Source of the DNA: an uncultured Lachnospiraceae bacterium
GTDB taxonomy: Bacteria > Bacillota > Clostridia > Lachnospirales > Lachnospiraceae
Reading direction: 5' to 3'
DNA: 64,000 bases
Assembly: GCA_947172705.1 (NCBI GenBank)
Contig: CAMWCA010000010.1
Location: 353-64,352 of the forward strand
In this document: one piece after another, positions 21,096-30,252 of the stretch
How the letters are laid out: the number at the start of each line of letters is the position of its first letter
How positions within the stretch are numbered: position 1 is the stretch's first letter
Notes under the pieces: generated by a model
What the model was told of the DNA's origin: nothing
What the model saw: only the letters and a program-made list of their open reading frames with translations
Databases searched by the model: none
Translations under genes and position numbers: made by a program

Positions 21096-21849
21096 AAACA
21101 GAATTTATATCGTGGGAATGGGACCGGGAAAAGAAGAGATGATGACAGGGGAAGCTGTTGCGGCGTTGGAGCGGTCAGATGTAATTGTGGGATATACGGT
21201 ATACTTACAGCTTTTGGGGGAGCGTTTTGGGAAAAAAGAACTGCTCTCCACTCCCATGAGAAAAGAGAGGGAGCGCTGTATTCTCTGTTTTCAGGAAGCT
21301 GCAAAGGGAAAGCGGGTATCCCTTGTATGCAGCGGAGATGCGGGGATTTATGGAATGGCAGCCCTGATGTATGAAATCGGGCGGGCGTATCCGGATACGG
21401 AGCTTATGGTGATACCGGGGGTTACGGCGGCAAGCAGCGGCGGGGCAGTTCTTGGGGCGCCTTTAAACCATGATTTCTGTGTGATCAGCCTGAGCGATCT
21501 GTTGACGCCCTGGGAGAAAATTGAAAAAAGGCTTCTGGCTGCCGCCGCCGGGGATTTTGCCATTGCCATTTATAATCCTTCCAGCCATAAAAGGAAAGAC
21601 TATTTAAGGCGGGCATGTGACATTCTGCTTGGCAGTATAGAGGGGGAGCGCCCCTGCGGTTATGTGGAAAATATAGGAAGAGAAGGAACCAGGGCAGAGG
21701 TTTGTACCTTAAAGGAACTGCGGGAAAAAGAAGTGAACATGTTTACAACGGTGTTTGTGGGAAATTCCGGTTCTGAGATTATAAATGGGAAACTGGTGAC
21801 AAAAAGAGGATACGAGCAAAAAACTTTGCTTGAGGAAAGAATGCCTTGA
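21082..21849 (+). CDS. cbiH: Cobalt-factor III / precorrin-3B C17-methyltransferase
   Basis: VGMGPG, SGDAGIYGMA, HDF..ISLSDLLTPW, YNP.S, TKRGY. Confidence 0.96.
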   Translation: MMKNENRIYIVGMGPGKEEMMTGEAVAALERSDVIVGYTVYLQLLGERFGKKELLSTPMRKERERCILCFQEAAKGKRVSLVCSGDAGIYGMAALMYEIGRAYPDTELMVIPGVTAASSGGAVLGAPLNHDFCVISLSDLLTPWEKIEKRLLAAAAGDFAIAIYNPSSHKRKDYLRRACDILLGSIEGERPCGYVENIGREGTRAEVCTLKELREKEVNMFTTVFVGNSGSEIINGKLVTKRGYEQKTLLEERMP

Positions 21850-21879
21850 AGACAGGCATTCTTCCTAGGAGGAGAATCG

Positions 21880-23946
21880 GTGAGCGGCTTATTACTATTT
21901 GCGGGAACAACTGAGGGAAGAAAGCTGTCAGAGTATCTGGCGGCTGGGGGAATTAGGCATACACTCTGCGTTGCAACGCAGTACGGGGAAATTGTGTTAA
22001 AAAGCCATCCCCTTGTGAAGGTTCATCAGGGAAGGATGGATCGGGAAGAAATAAGAGAACTGATCAGGCAGGGAAATTATTTTGCGGTAGTAGACGCAAC
22101 CCACCCTTACGCAGGAGCCGTCACCCGGAATATTAAGGCGGCGGTGGAGGAGTTGAATGCCCTGCAATCCGTTTCTCTGGAATGTAATTCCATTGGGAGG
22201 GAAATTTTGTATTTCCGGCTGAAAAGAGATGTCGCTCTTCCTGACGGAAAAGAAGGCGTTACCTTTTTTGAAACAACCCATGACTGTGCGGAGGCATTAA
22301 AGAAAACACAGGGAAATATTCTTTTGACTACGGGAAGCAAGGAACTGTCCTGCTATTGTGTTTCGGAGGAGGTAAAAAGAAGGCTTTACGTCAGGGTTCT
22401 GCCCAGCATGGAAAGTCTTTCCCTGTGTACGGAGCAGGGGATCTGCGGGAAACAGGTCATTGCCATGCAGGGACCATTTACAGCGTCCATGAATGAAGCA
22501 ACGCTCAGACAGTATGGTATTTCGATCCTGGTTACGAAAGAAAGCGGGATGGCAGGAGGATTTGCGGAAAAGCTGGAAGCCGCAGAAAAAACGGGGGCGG
22601 CGGTATTTGTGGTCGGATGCCCGAAGGAGGAAGGGCTTTCTTTTCATGAAGTGTGCCGGGAGATGGAAAAGCTTTATGGGAAGAAGCTCTGCAGAGAGGA
22701 GCTTTTGCAGATTACCCTTGCCGGTACAGGCATGGGAAGCAGGAGCGGGTTGACAATAGAAGTGCAGGCGGCGGTGGATGAGGCGGATATTTTGCTGGGC
22801 GCTGAAAGGATATTGGCGTCTTTTAGGACGAAGCAGGAAAAACGCCCGATTTATCAAGCGGAGCAGATGATCCCTTATTTTAAAGAAATACAGAAGGAAA
22901 ATCGTTCCCGGAAAATAGTGGTTCTTTTTTCCGGGGACAGCGGTTTTTACAGCGGATGCCAGGGGGTGTACCGTGCGCTTACAAAAGAAATCCGTTCGGG
23001 GGGCTTAAGGGCTTCGCTTAGAGTTCTTCCGGGAATTTCCTCGGTTGCAGCCCTTGCGTCCCGCATGGGGGAAAGCTGGCAGGATGCGTCCGTTTACAGT
23101 ATGCATGGAAAAGAATTGCAGGGAATTGTGAAAAAGATAGAAAGAAGCGGGAAGACCTTTTTTCTCACGTCCGGGGTCAGGGATGTAAATCGGCTGGGGG
23201 AGCTTCTGGAAAAGGCGGATATGGGGGAATGTGAAGTGACAGTGGCATATCAGCTATCCTATGAGGAAGAATGGGTCAGGACGCTTTCCCCGAAAGACTG
23301 CTGCAGTCTTGCGGGGGAAGGTCTGTATGCCTGCATGGTAAGAAATCCTCATGCAGGCAGGGCGTCTCTTACCCACGGTAAGGCGGATGGGGAATTTATC
23401 AGGGGTCAGGTTCCCATGACGAAAGAGGAAGTGCGGGAGATCAGTATCTGTAAGCTGCGGCTGTATCCCGGGGCGGTGGTTTATGACATTGGCAGCGGAA
23501 CCGGCTCTGTTGCAGCAGAGATTGCCGGGCTTTCGGAAGAAATGCAGGTTTATGCCATAGAACAGAAGCAGGAAGGGGTATCCCTGATCAGGGAGAACAA
23601 GGATAAATTCAGGTTGGACAATATAATGGTGGTGGAAGCAAAAGCGCCGGAGGGGCTTAAAAATCTGCCTGTCCCTACCCATGCCTTTATTGGGGGAAGC
23701 GGAGGGTATCTGAAAGAAATACTGGATGAGCTATACCGGAAGAGCCCAGGAATGCGGATTGTGATTCATGCAGTCAGTATGGAAACAATCTGTGAGATCA
23801 GGGAGTGTCTTGGAAATTTCGGAATAAGGGATGCAGAAACGGTACAGGTGCAGGTAAGCCGGATAAAGGAAATGGGAAATTATCATTTGCTGCAGGGGGA
23901 AAACCCGGTGTGGATCTGTGCTTTTTATCTGGGGGTGTGTAAATGA
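21880..23946 (+). CDS. CbiJ-CbiE-CbiT triple fusion
   Basis: CbiJ (FAGTTEG, DATHPYA, TKESG), CbiE (SGDSGFYS, PGISS), CbiT (PMTKEEVR, DIGSGTGS, FIGGSGG) in one ORF. Confidence 0.92.
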   Translation: MSGLLLFAGTTEGRKLSEYLAAGGIRHTLCVATQYGEIVLKSHPLVKVHQGRMDREEIRELIRQGNYFAVVDATHPYAGAVTRNIKAAVEELNALQSVSLECNSIGREILYFRLKRDVALPDGKEGVTFFETTHDCAEALKKTQGNILLTTGSKELSCYCVSEEVKRRLYVRVLPSMESLSLCTEQGICGKQVIAMQGPFTASMNEATLRQYGISILVTKESGMAGGFAEKLEAAEKTGAAVFVVGCPKEEGLSFHEVCREMEKLYGKKLCREELLQITLAGTGMGSRSGLTIEVQAAVDEADILLGAERILASFRTKQEKRPIYQAEQMIPYFKEIQKENRSRKIVVLFSGDSGFYSGCQGVYRALTKEIRSGGLRASLRVLPGISSVAALASRMGESWQDASVYSMHGKELQGIVKKIERSGKTFFLTSGVRDVNRLGELLEKADMGECEVTVAYQLSYEEEWVRTLSPKDCCSLAGEGLYACMVRNPHAGRASLTHGKADGEFIRGQVPMTKEEVREISICKLRLYPGAVVYDIGSGTGSVAAEIAGLSEEMQVYAIEQKQEGVSLIRENKDKFRLDNIMVVEAKAPEGLKNLPVPTHAFIGGSGGYLKEILDELYRKSPGMRIVIHAVSMETICEIRECLGNFGIRDAETVQVQVSRIKEMGNYHLLQGENPVWICAFYLGVCK

Positions 23947-25409
23947 GGATAAAAAGGATCATGATAGCGGCGCCAAAGAGCGGCAGCGGGAAGACTACAG
24001 TTACCTGTGCGCTTTTGCAGGCATTGAAGAATAGGGGAGAAGAACCGGTGGCTTTTAAATGCGGACCGGATTATATAGACCCTATGTTCCATGAAAAGGC
24101 GCTGGGCGTCCCGTCTTACAATCTGGATACTTTTTTTACGGGCAGGGAGCAGACCAGACAGCTTTTTGAAAGACATGCAGCGGAGGAAAAGATTGCTGTT
24201 ATGGAGGGTGTCATGGGGCTTTATGACGGACTGGGAGGAATCCGGGAAGAGGGGTCTTCCTATCATCTGGCAAAGATAACGGGTACGCCTGTTGTACTTG
24301 TGGCGGATGTGAAAGGGATGGGGCGTTCCGTTCTCCCCTTTTTGGCAGGTTTTTTACAGTATGATAAGGAGCGGCTTATAAGAGGAGTCATCCTGAACAG
24401 GATTTCAGGAGGGCATTATGAGATAATAAAACCTCTGATAGAAAAGGAACTGCATCTGCAGGTGTTAGGGTTTTTGCCGGAGAAGGAAAGGTTCTGTGTG
24501 GGAAGCCGCCATCTGGGGCTTATCATGCCCAATGAACTGGAAGAAATCAGGGTAAGGCTGGCAGAGCTTTCAGCAGAATTTGAAAAAAACGTATCACTGC
24601 AGGAGATCATGAGGATTGCAGAAGGAGCAGGGGAGACGGAAAGAGCCGATACGGGCAGCGGAGCGGCAAATGAAGAGGAAGAAGAGAACTGCTGGAGAAG
24701 AGCGGCTGAGGATTTGGAAGGAGACTGGGGATGGAGAGAAACTGCAGATGAGTCCCTGCAGAAAGAGGGGATAGAGGAGAGACCGGTAATTGCAGTGGCA
24801 AGGGATGAGGCTTTTTGCTTCTATTACCGGGATAATCTTCTCTTGCTGCAGGAAAGCGGTGCAAGGATCGTCTGGTTTTCGCCGCTCCATGATAAAAAGC
24901 TGCCGGAAGCAAGTGACGGGCTTTTGATGGGGGGCGGTTATCCGGAACTGTATGCAGAAAAATTAAGCAGTAATATTGCCATGCGCAGATCAGTGAAGGA
25001 GGCTGTGGAAAAGGGAATGCCGGTGATCGCAGAGTGCGGCGGTTTTATGTATCTGCATAGGGAACTCATTGACAGGGAAGGAACCAGCTATGCCATGGTC
25101 GGGGTCATTCCCGCAAAGTGCTATGATACCGGAAAACTGGTACGGTTTGGCTATATTGAAATGCAGGAGAAGAAAAGCTGTTTTTTGCCGGAGGGAAGTA
25201 AAATCAAGGGGCATGAATTCCATTATTATGACAGCACCTGTAATGGAGAAGATGTTATGGCGGTAAAGCCGGTAACGGGCAAAGGTTATTCCTGTATGAT
25301 TGCAAGGGAGCATTGTTTTATGGGATTTCCTCATCTGTATTATCCGTCTAATCCCGCCTTTGTGAAGTCGTTTGTTGATAAAGCATGGAAATATAGAAAA
25401 AAAGGATGA
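23943..25409 (+). CDS. cbiA: Cobyrinate a,c-diamide synthase
   Basis: SGSGKT, FKCGPDYIDP, EGVMGLYDG, AECGG, GHEFHY. Confidence 0.97.
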   Translation: MRIKRIMIAAPKSGSGKTTVTCALLQALKNRGEEPVAFKCGPDYIDPMFHEKALGVPSYNLDTFFTGREQTRQLFERHAAEEKIAVMEGVMGLYDGLGGIREEGSSYHLAKITGTPVVLVADVKGMGRSVLPFLAGFLQYDKERLIRGVILNRISGGHYEIIKPLIEKELHLQVLGFLPEKERFCVGSRHLGLIMPNELEEIRVRLAELSAEFEKNVSLQEIMRIAEGAGETERADTGSGAANEEEEENCWRRAAEDLEGDWGWRETADESLQKEGIEERPVIAVARDEAFCFYYRDNLLLLQESGARIVWFSPLHDKKLPEASDGLLMGGGYPELYAEKLSSNIAMRRSVKEAVEKGMPVIAECGGFMYLHRELIDREGTSYAMVGVIPAKCYDTGKLVRFGYIEMQEKKSCFLPEGSKIKGHEFHYYDSTCNGEDVMAVKPVTGKGYSCMIAREHCFMGFPHLYYPSNPAFVKSFVDKAWKYRKKG

Positions 25410-25546
25410 TAATAGTGAGTGAAAATGGGAAATTTTCCTTTTCAGAGGATTCTAGGATTGATGATTTTTCTTTATATGGTTATAATGATTATGCAGTTTT
25501 ATATAAGTATTTGATGGTTTTATTTTACCATATGGGAGGCACTATT

Positions 25547-26461
25547 TTGGAATTAATAAGCTTTGATAATTTTAAACAAAATCAAAGAATGTATGGCGGT
25601 ACGGCTGGAAGAAAAATGGGAATTACATATGAAGGCAAAGACTATCTTTTAAAATTTCCAGGCAATTTAAAAGAACAGAAGATGAAAAATATCAATTTGA
25701 GTTATTCGAATAGTCCTGTCTGTGAATATATTGGTTCAAAGATATACGAGATAGTCGGCTTGCCTGTTCACAATACAATTTTAGGAACCAGAAATAACAA
25801 AATTGTAGTTGCCTGTGAAGATTTTTTACAAGATGGAGATAAACTCTATGAGTTTGATAAAATAAAAGTCACTTTTGAACCACATTTTTTAGATTCAAAT
25901 GGCAATGAGACAAATGGTGTAGGCGTAGACTTGTATGAAATTATGATGACGATACAGGAGCATCCGTTTTTGCAAGATGTTCCGGGAGTAAGAGAGCATT
26001 TTTGGAATATATTTATAATGGATGCGCTGATTGGGAATACGGATCGTAATAACAGCAATTGGGGAATTATTTTAAGAAAGGATGGTTCGAAAGAGATTGC
26101 GCCTGTTTATGATAATGGCAATTGTTTAAATAGCAAATGGGATGATGAAAAAATGCGAATCGTAATGAATGATGCTGATAAAATGGAAGCAGAGGCTTAT
26201 AAAGCCCGCAGGTGTATCTTTGAATTACATGGGAAACGGGTAAATCCATATCATATAATTGAAAGCAGGGAATATCCGGAATGTTTAGAGGCTGCTTATG
26301 GATTGACACCCCAAATAGGCAATAATATGGATAAGATACAAGCAATGATAAAGGAGATACCAATATTGTCAGAAATACAGAAGAGATTCTTTACATCAAT
26401 TATTGAATACAGGTATGAAAAAGTACTGTTAGAATGTATAAAAAATGATTGTGCACATTAG
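25547..26461 (+). CDS. HipA/CtkA-like Ser/Thr kinase
   Basis: YGG.AG.K, YLLKFP, EY.GS, DALIGNTDR...NWG, APVYDNG; likely TTG start after GGAGG. Confidence 0.85.
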   Translation: MELISFDNFKQNQRMYGGTAGRKMGITYEGKDYLLKFPGNLKEQKMKNINLSYSNSPVCEYIGSKIYEIVGLPVHNTILGTRNNKIVVACEDFLQDGDKLYEFDKIKVTFEPHFLDSNGNETNGVGVDLYEIMMTIQEHPFLQDVPGVREHFWNIFIMDALIGNTDRNNSNWGIILRKDGSKEIAPVYDNGNCLNSKWDDEKMRIVMNDADKMEAEAYKARRCIFELHGKRVNPYHIIESREYPECLEAAYGLTPQIGNNMDKIQAMIKEIPILSEIQKRFFTSIIEYRYEKVLLECIKNDCAH

Positions 26462-26497
26462 ATTATAGGAAACCGTAAAGGGAGAGGCGATAAAATA

Positions 26498-26713
26498 ATG
26501 TATGTGGATGAAAAAATAATTTTAAGAGACAATTTGCCGGATGAACTGCAACGTGATTTTACAGAGTTACAGGAATATTATAATGCAGGTGACTGGTTTA
26601 TGTTTGATACTGCTTTTGAATCGATAGAAGCCAGTGTTAAGGCTTATTATTTGGCAGGAAAAATCAGCAGAGAGGACTTGAACAGTATTTTTAAAAAATA
26701 CGGTATTGCATAA
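26498..26713 (+). CDS. Small acidic hypothetical protein
   Basis: 71-aa ORF with purine-rich RBS directly after the kinase. Confidence 0.65.
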   Translation: MYVDEKIILRDNLPDELQRDFTELQEYYNAGDWFMFDTAFESIEASVKAYYLAGKISREDLNSIFKKYGIA

Positions 26714-26749
26714 TATTTGAAGACTTTTTTTAGATAAATGCATGGTTGT

Positions 26750-26773
26750 AAAGTGGTCGAATTCGACCACTTT
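26750..26773. repeat. Perfect 24-bp palindrome
   Basis: AAAGTGGTCGAATTCGACCACTTT. Confidence 0.9.
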
Positions 26774-27314
26774 TCCATTAAGTTTAGATAATTGAAACGG
26801 GGATATGGTGTTGAAAGTGTGCTGAAAATGCTTAGTAAAAATGAATGGTATCATGAGACGCATAATGCTGTTTTAGATGCACTGGATGAATTGAAAATCA
26901 TGCAATTGTTGGGATATGAGATTAGAGAATATGATATTGCGATTATATCAGATAAATGAATGGTAACCAATAAGTAATACTAAAGTACATGATAGGTATA
27001 TTGTTTTGCTTGGCTGACACCTGACGATTTTATGAATGATGTCAGCATGCTCCCTCTGATTTGAGCGGCATTCTTTATATTCACATTGATAAGGGTATAG
27101 AAGAAGCGGGAGAAAAGATTCGGAAGGCGATAAAAGCTGCCATAGGAGGACAACTTTAGTATAACAATGGATATACGAACCTTGGGAACATGATATGCTC
27201 TCATCTTTGGCAGTATAAATGCGGGGAACGCTGCAATCAGGCGTAAACCCCGCATTTTAATTGCGGGTGGGAAAGAACAGAGATCTTCACTTTCGGGATG
27301 ATATGAAACAATAA

Positions 27315-28046
27315 TCAAAGGGATCTTCTCACCGCATTGTCATAAAATCGGAAATAATCCGGTCGGTGGCGGGACTGTGTGTATTCAAACATAACGCCGT
27401 CACTGTTGTAAGTATGGCTGCTGACAACAGCCATACAATTATAATCTTCGGCGTTCAGCTTCAAATATTTCTCATCGATCTGCGTCATCTTTTCCACCGT
27501 CATGATTCGTTTGCTGTTTACGATGGTCATATGGAGGGTGTTTTCCAGATATTGATAAATAGAATTTTCCGCGATTTCCGCTGTGAGACCGGGAACCGCC
27601 TCTTTCAGGAAATAATTGTGGTTCAAAATCAGCGGCATATGGTCCAGGTAATGCAGGCGCTGGATATAATAAATATCCGTTCCTGCGGGAAACCCGGTGT
27701 ATGCCGCCTGTTTTTCGTTGACTGCAAACTCGGTAAATAAGAGAACCTTTGTATGGGGCTGGTGCCCGTTTCGCACAGCGGATTCCCGGAAGCTTTCGAT
27801 TTCTCCGATGGTGAAGGCGGTCTGCGCTGCAGGCTGATAAATGTTGCGCACGCCCTTTCCCTGCATTGTCTGTACATAGCCGTCAGTTACCAGACGGCTG
27901 ACGGCACGGCGCAGGGTATTGCGAGAGCAATTATATGTTTGAATCAGTGTGTTTTCCGAAGGCAAAAGCTCCTGGTAGGCGAAAACATCGTTTTCAATCT
28001 TCTGTTTCAGGTCTTTATATATGGTTTCGTATATTGATTTTGGCAT
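27315..28046 (-). CDS. treR: Trehalose operon repressor (GntR/UTRA)
   Basis: LPSE..L...Y..SR.T.R.A HTH, C-terminal FEYTQSRHRPD.F.F; divergent from treB. Confidence 0.93.
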   Translation of the reverse strand: MPKSIYETIYKDLKQKIENDVFAYQELLPSENTLIQTYNCSRNTLRRAVSRLVTDGYVQTMQGKGVRNIYQPAAQTAFTIGEIESFRESAVRNGHQPHTKVLLFTEFAVNEKQAAYTGFPAGTDIYYIQRLHYLDHMPLILNHNYFLKEAVPGLTAEIAENSIYQYLENTLHMTIVNSKRIMTVEKMTQIDEKYLKLNAEDYNCMAVVSSHTYNSDGVMFEYTQSRHRPDYFRFYDNAVRRSL

Positions 28047-28121
28047 TTTTCTTCACCTTTTCTTCAGAAATTAAAGATGTCCATAAAATCCCTGTGAGAT
28101 GTTCATGGCATCTCTATGGAT

Positions 28122-28237
28122 ATTATAAAAATGAAAAATAGAAATGTCAATTACTTGTTTAAACAAATTTTTAAAAATGCGTTGACATGTTTAAACAAGT
28201 GTGATATAACAGAGTTAGAAAACATGTTTAAACAAGT
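28122..28237. promoter_or_regulatory. Divergent treR/treB promoters with three TreR operators
   Basis: TGTTTAAACA palindromes within 28153-28168, 28185-28200 and 28222-28237; TTGACA-17-TATAAC (28182-28210, +); TTGACA-17-TATAAT (28150-28122, -). Confidence 0.85.
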
Positions 28238-28269
28238 TGAACGTCGAAAATGAGCGGAGGAAAGAAAGT

Positions 28270-30240
28270 ATGGGAAAATATGCAGAGGATGCAAAGCAGT
28301 TGTTACGTCTGGTAGGCGGAAAAGAAAACATCGCGGCAGTTTCACATTGTATGACCAGAATGCGTTTCGCTTTGGTGGAACCGCAGAAGGCGGACGTGAA
28401 GGCAATCGAGGCAATGAAAGTAGTAAAGGGAAGCTTTACACAGTCAGGGCAGTTTCAGGTAATCATCGGTAATACGGTAGCCGATTTTTATAATGACTTT
28501 GTAAAAGAGGCAGGAATTGAAGGCGTATCAAAGGATGCCGTAAAGCAGGCGGCAAAGAAAAACCAAAATGTGCTGCAGAGGGTGATCGCCGCACTGGCGG
28601 AGATTTTTGCACCGTTGATTCCGGCAATTATTACAGGCGGTTTGATTCTGGGGTTTAGAAACTGTATTGACAGTCTGTATTTATTTGAAAACGGGACGAA
28701 AACCTTATGCGATATCAGCCAGTTCTGGGCAGGGATCGACAGCTTTCTGTGGCTGATCGGCGAAGCGGTTTTCCATATGCTTCCGGTGGGCATCTGCTGG
28801 TCCGTGACAAAGAAGATGGGTACTACCCAGATGCTTGGAATTGTCCTTGGTTTGACGCTGGTGTCCGGGCAGCTGTTAAACGCTTACGCAGTTGCAGGAA
28901 CGGCGGCAGCAGACATTCCCAAGTGGAATTTCGGTGGCTTCCAGATCAATATGATCGGTTATCAGGGGCAGGTTCTTCCCGCAATTTTAGCCGCATTCAC
29001 GCTGGTGTATCTGGAAAGATTTTTCCGAAAGATCACACCTCAGGTTATTTCCATGATCGTTGTTCCGTTCTGCAGTCTGTTATTGTCTGTCATAGCTGCA
29101 CACTTTGTATTAGGACCGATCGGCTGGAAGATCGGGGCAGGAGTTTCCGCATTGGTATTTGCCGGAATTACAGGAACCTTTAAGACCGTGTTTGGCGCCC
29201 TCTTTGGCGTTGTCTATGCGCCTCTTGTGATAACAGGGCTTCATCATATGTCGAATGCAATTGACTTACAGCTGATAGCGGATTACGGCGGAACGATGCT
29301 GTGGCCTATGATCGCGTTGTCCAATATTGCACAGGGTTCTGCTGTTCTTGGGATGATCTGGCTGCAGAGAAAAGATCCGGAAGCCCAGGAAGTTAATATT
29401 CCAGCTTGTATTTCCTGTTATCTGGGCGTTACGGAACCGGCAATTTTCGGTGTAAACTTGAAGAGAGTTTTTCCTTTTGTCTGTGGAATGATCGGTTCCG
29501 GCATTGCGGCAATCGTCTGCGTGGCAACCGGGACAACGGCAAACGCTATCGGTGTGGGCGGTATTCCCGGCATTCTGTCCATTCAGCCTCCCTTTATGGT
29601 TTCCTTTGCGGTTTGCATGGCGATTGCAGTTGGGGTTCCCTTTGTATTGACAGTGGCTGTGGGAAAGAAACGTCTGCAAATGGCAAATGCAAATGAGACG
29701 GTTGAGCTGGCGGAAATTGCGTCTGGGGCAGGTGCAAACCCGGCGGCGGGAGTTGTGGCTGCTGCAATGCGAAATAAAGAGGCGGCAGGAGAGTGGAAAG
29801 CGTTTTTATTCGGCAAGGCGATCCCCTTAGCGGAAGTTGGAGACGGCGTTTTCTCAGCAGGAATTATGGGGGACGGAATGGCGATCCTTCCGGAAAACGA
29901 AACATTATATGCGCCTGTAGATGGAGAGATTGCAGTACTAATGCCGGAGTCCCGGCACGCCTGCGGCTTAAGGCTGGAGAACGGCATGGAAGTTTTGCTG
30001 CATGTTGGAATCGACACCGTGGCAATGAACGGAGACGGGTTTGAATATCTGGTGCAGGAAGGGCAGAAGGTCTGTGCAGGGACGCCGCTGATCAAATTTG
30101 ACAGGGCAAAAATCAAGGCGGCAGGTCATCCCGACGTCACGGTATGTATCGTTACGGATGCAGGAAACGCCCAGGATATTCAGTTCCATACAGGAATGCA
30201 TGTGAAGGAAAAGGAGACAACAGTGGCAGAAGTCAGATAA
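28270..30240 (+). CDS. treB: PTS trehalose EIIBCA
   Basis: HCMTRMRF (EIIB), TGLHH and GVTEPAIFG (EIIC), DGVFS and HVGIDTV (EIIA). Confidence 0.93.
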   Translation: MGKYAEDAKQLLRLVGGKENIAAVSHCMTRMRFALVEPQKADVKAIEAMKVVKGSFTQSGQFQVIIGNTVADFYNDFVKEAGIEGVSKDAVKQAAKKNQNVLQRVIAALAEIFAPLIPAIITGGLILGFRNCIDSLYLFENGTKTLCDISQFWAGIDSFLWLIGEAVFHMLPVGICWSVTKKMGTTQMLGIVLGLTLVSGQLLNAYAVAGTAAADIPKWNFGGFQINMIGYQGQVLPAILAAFTLVYLERFFRKITPQVISMIVVPFCSLLLSVIAAHFVLGPIGWKIGAGVSALVFAGITGTFKTVFGALFGVVYAPLVITGLHHMSNAIDLQLIADYGGTMLWPMIALSNIAQGSAVLGMIWLQRKDPEAQEVNIPACISCYLGVTEPAIFGVNLKRVFPFVCGMIGSGIAAIVCVATGTTANAIGVGGIPGILSIQPPFMVSFAVCMAIAVGVPFVLTVAVGKKRLQMANANETVELAEIASGAGANPAAGVVAAAMRNKEAAGEWKAFLFGKAIPLAEVGDGVFSAGIMGDGMAILPENETLYAPVDGEIAVLMPESRHACGLRLENGMEVLLHVGIDTVAMNGDGFEYLVQEGQKVCAGTPLIKFDRAKIKAAGHPDVTVCIVTDAGNAQDIQFHTGMHVKEKETTVAEVR

Positions 30241-30252
30241 AGGAGGCGCGAA

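Noticed and set aside
25406..25546. N-terminal extension of the HipA-like ORF
   Set aside because: Looks like promoter DNA (TATAAT near 25480); a better RBS and TTG start lie at 25535-25549.
26780..27310. Short ORF-like fragments in the AT-rich island
   Set aside because: Interrupted frames that I cannot assign to any family.
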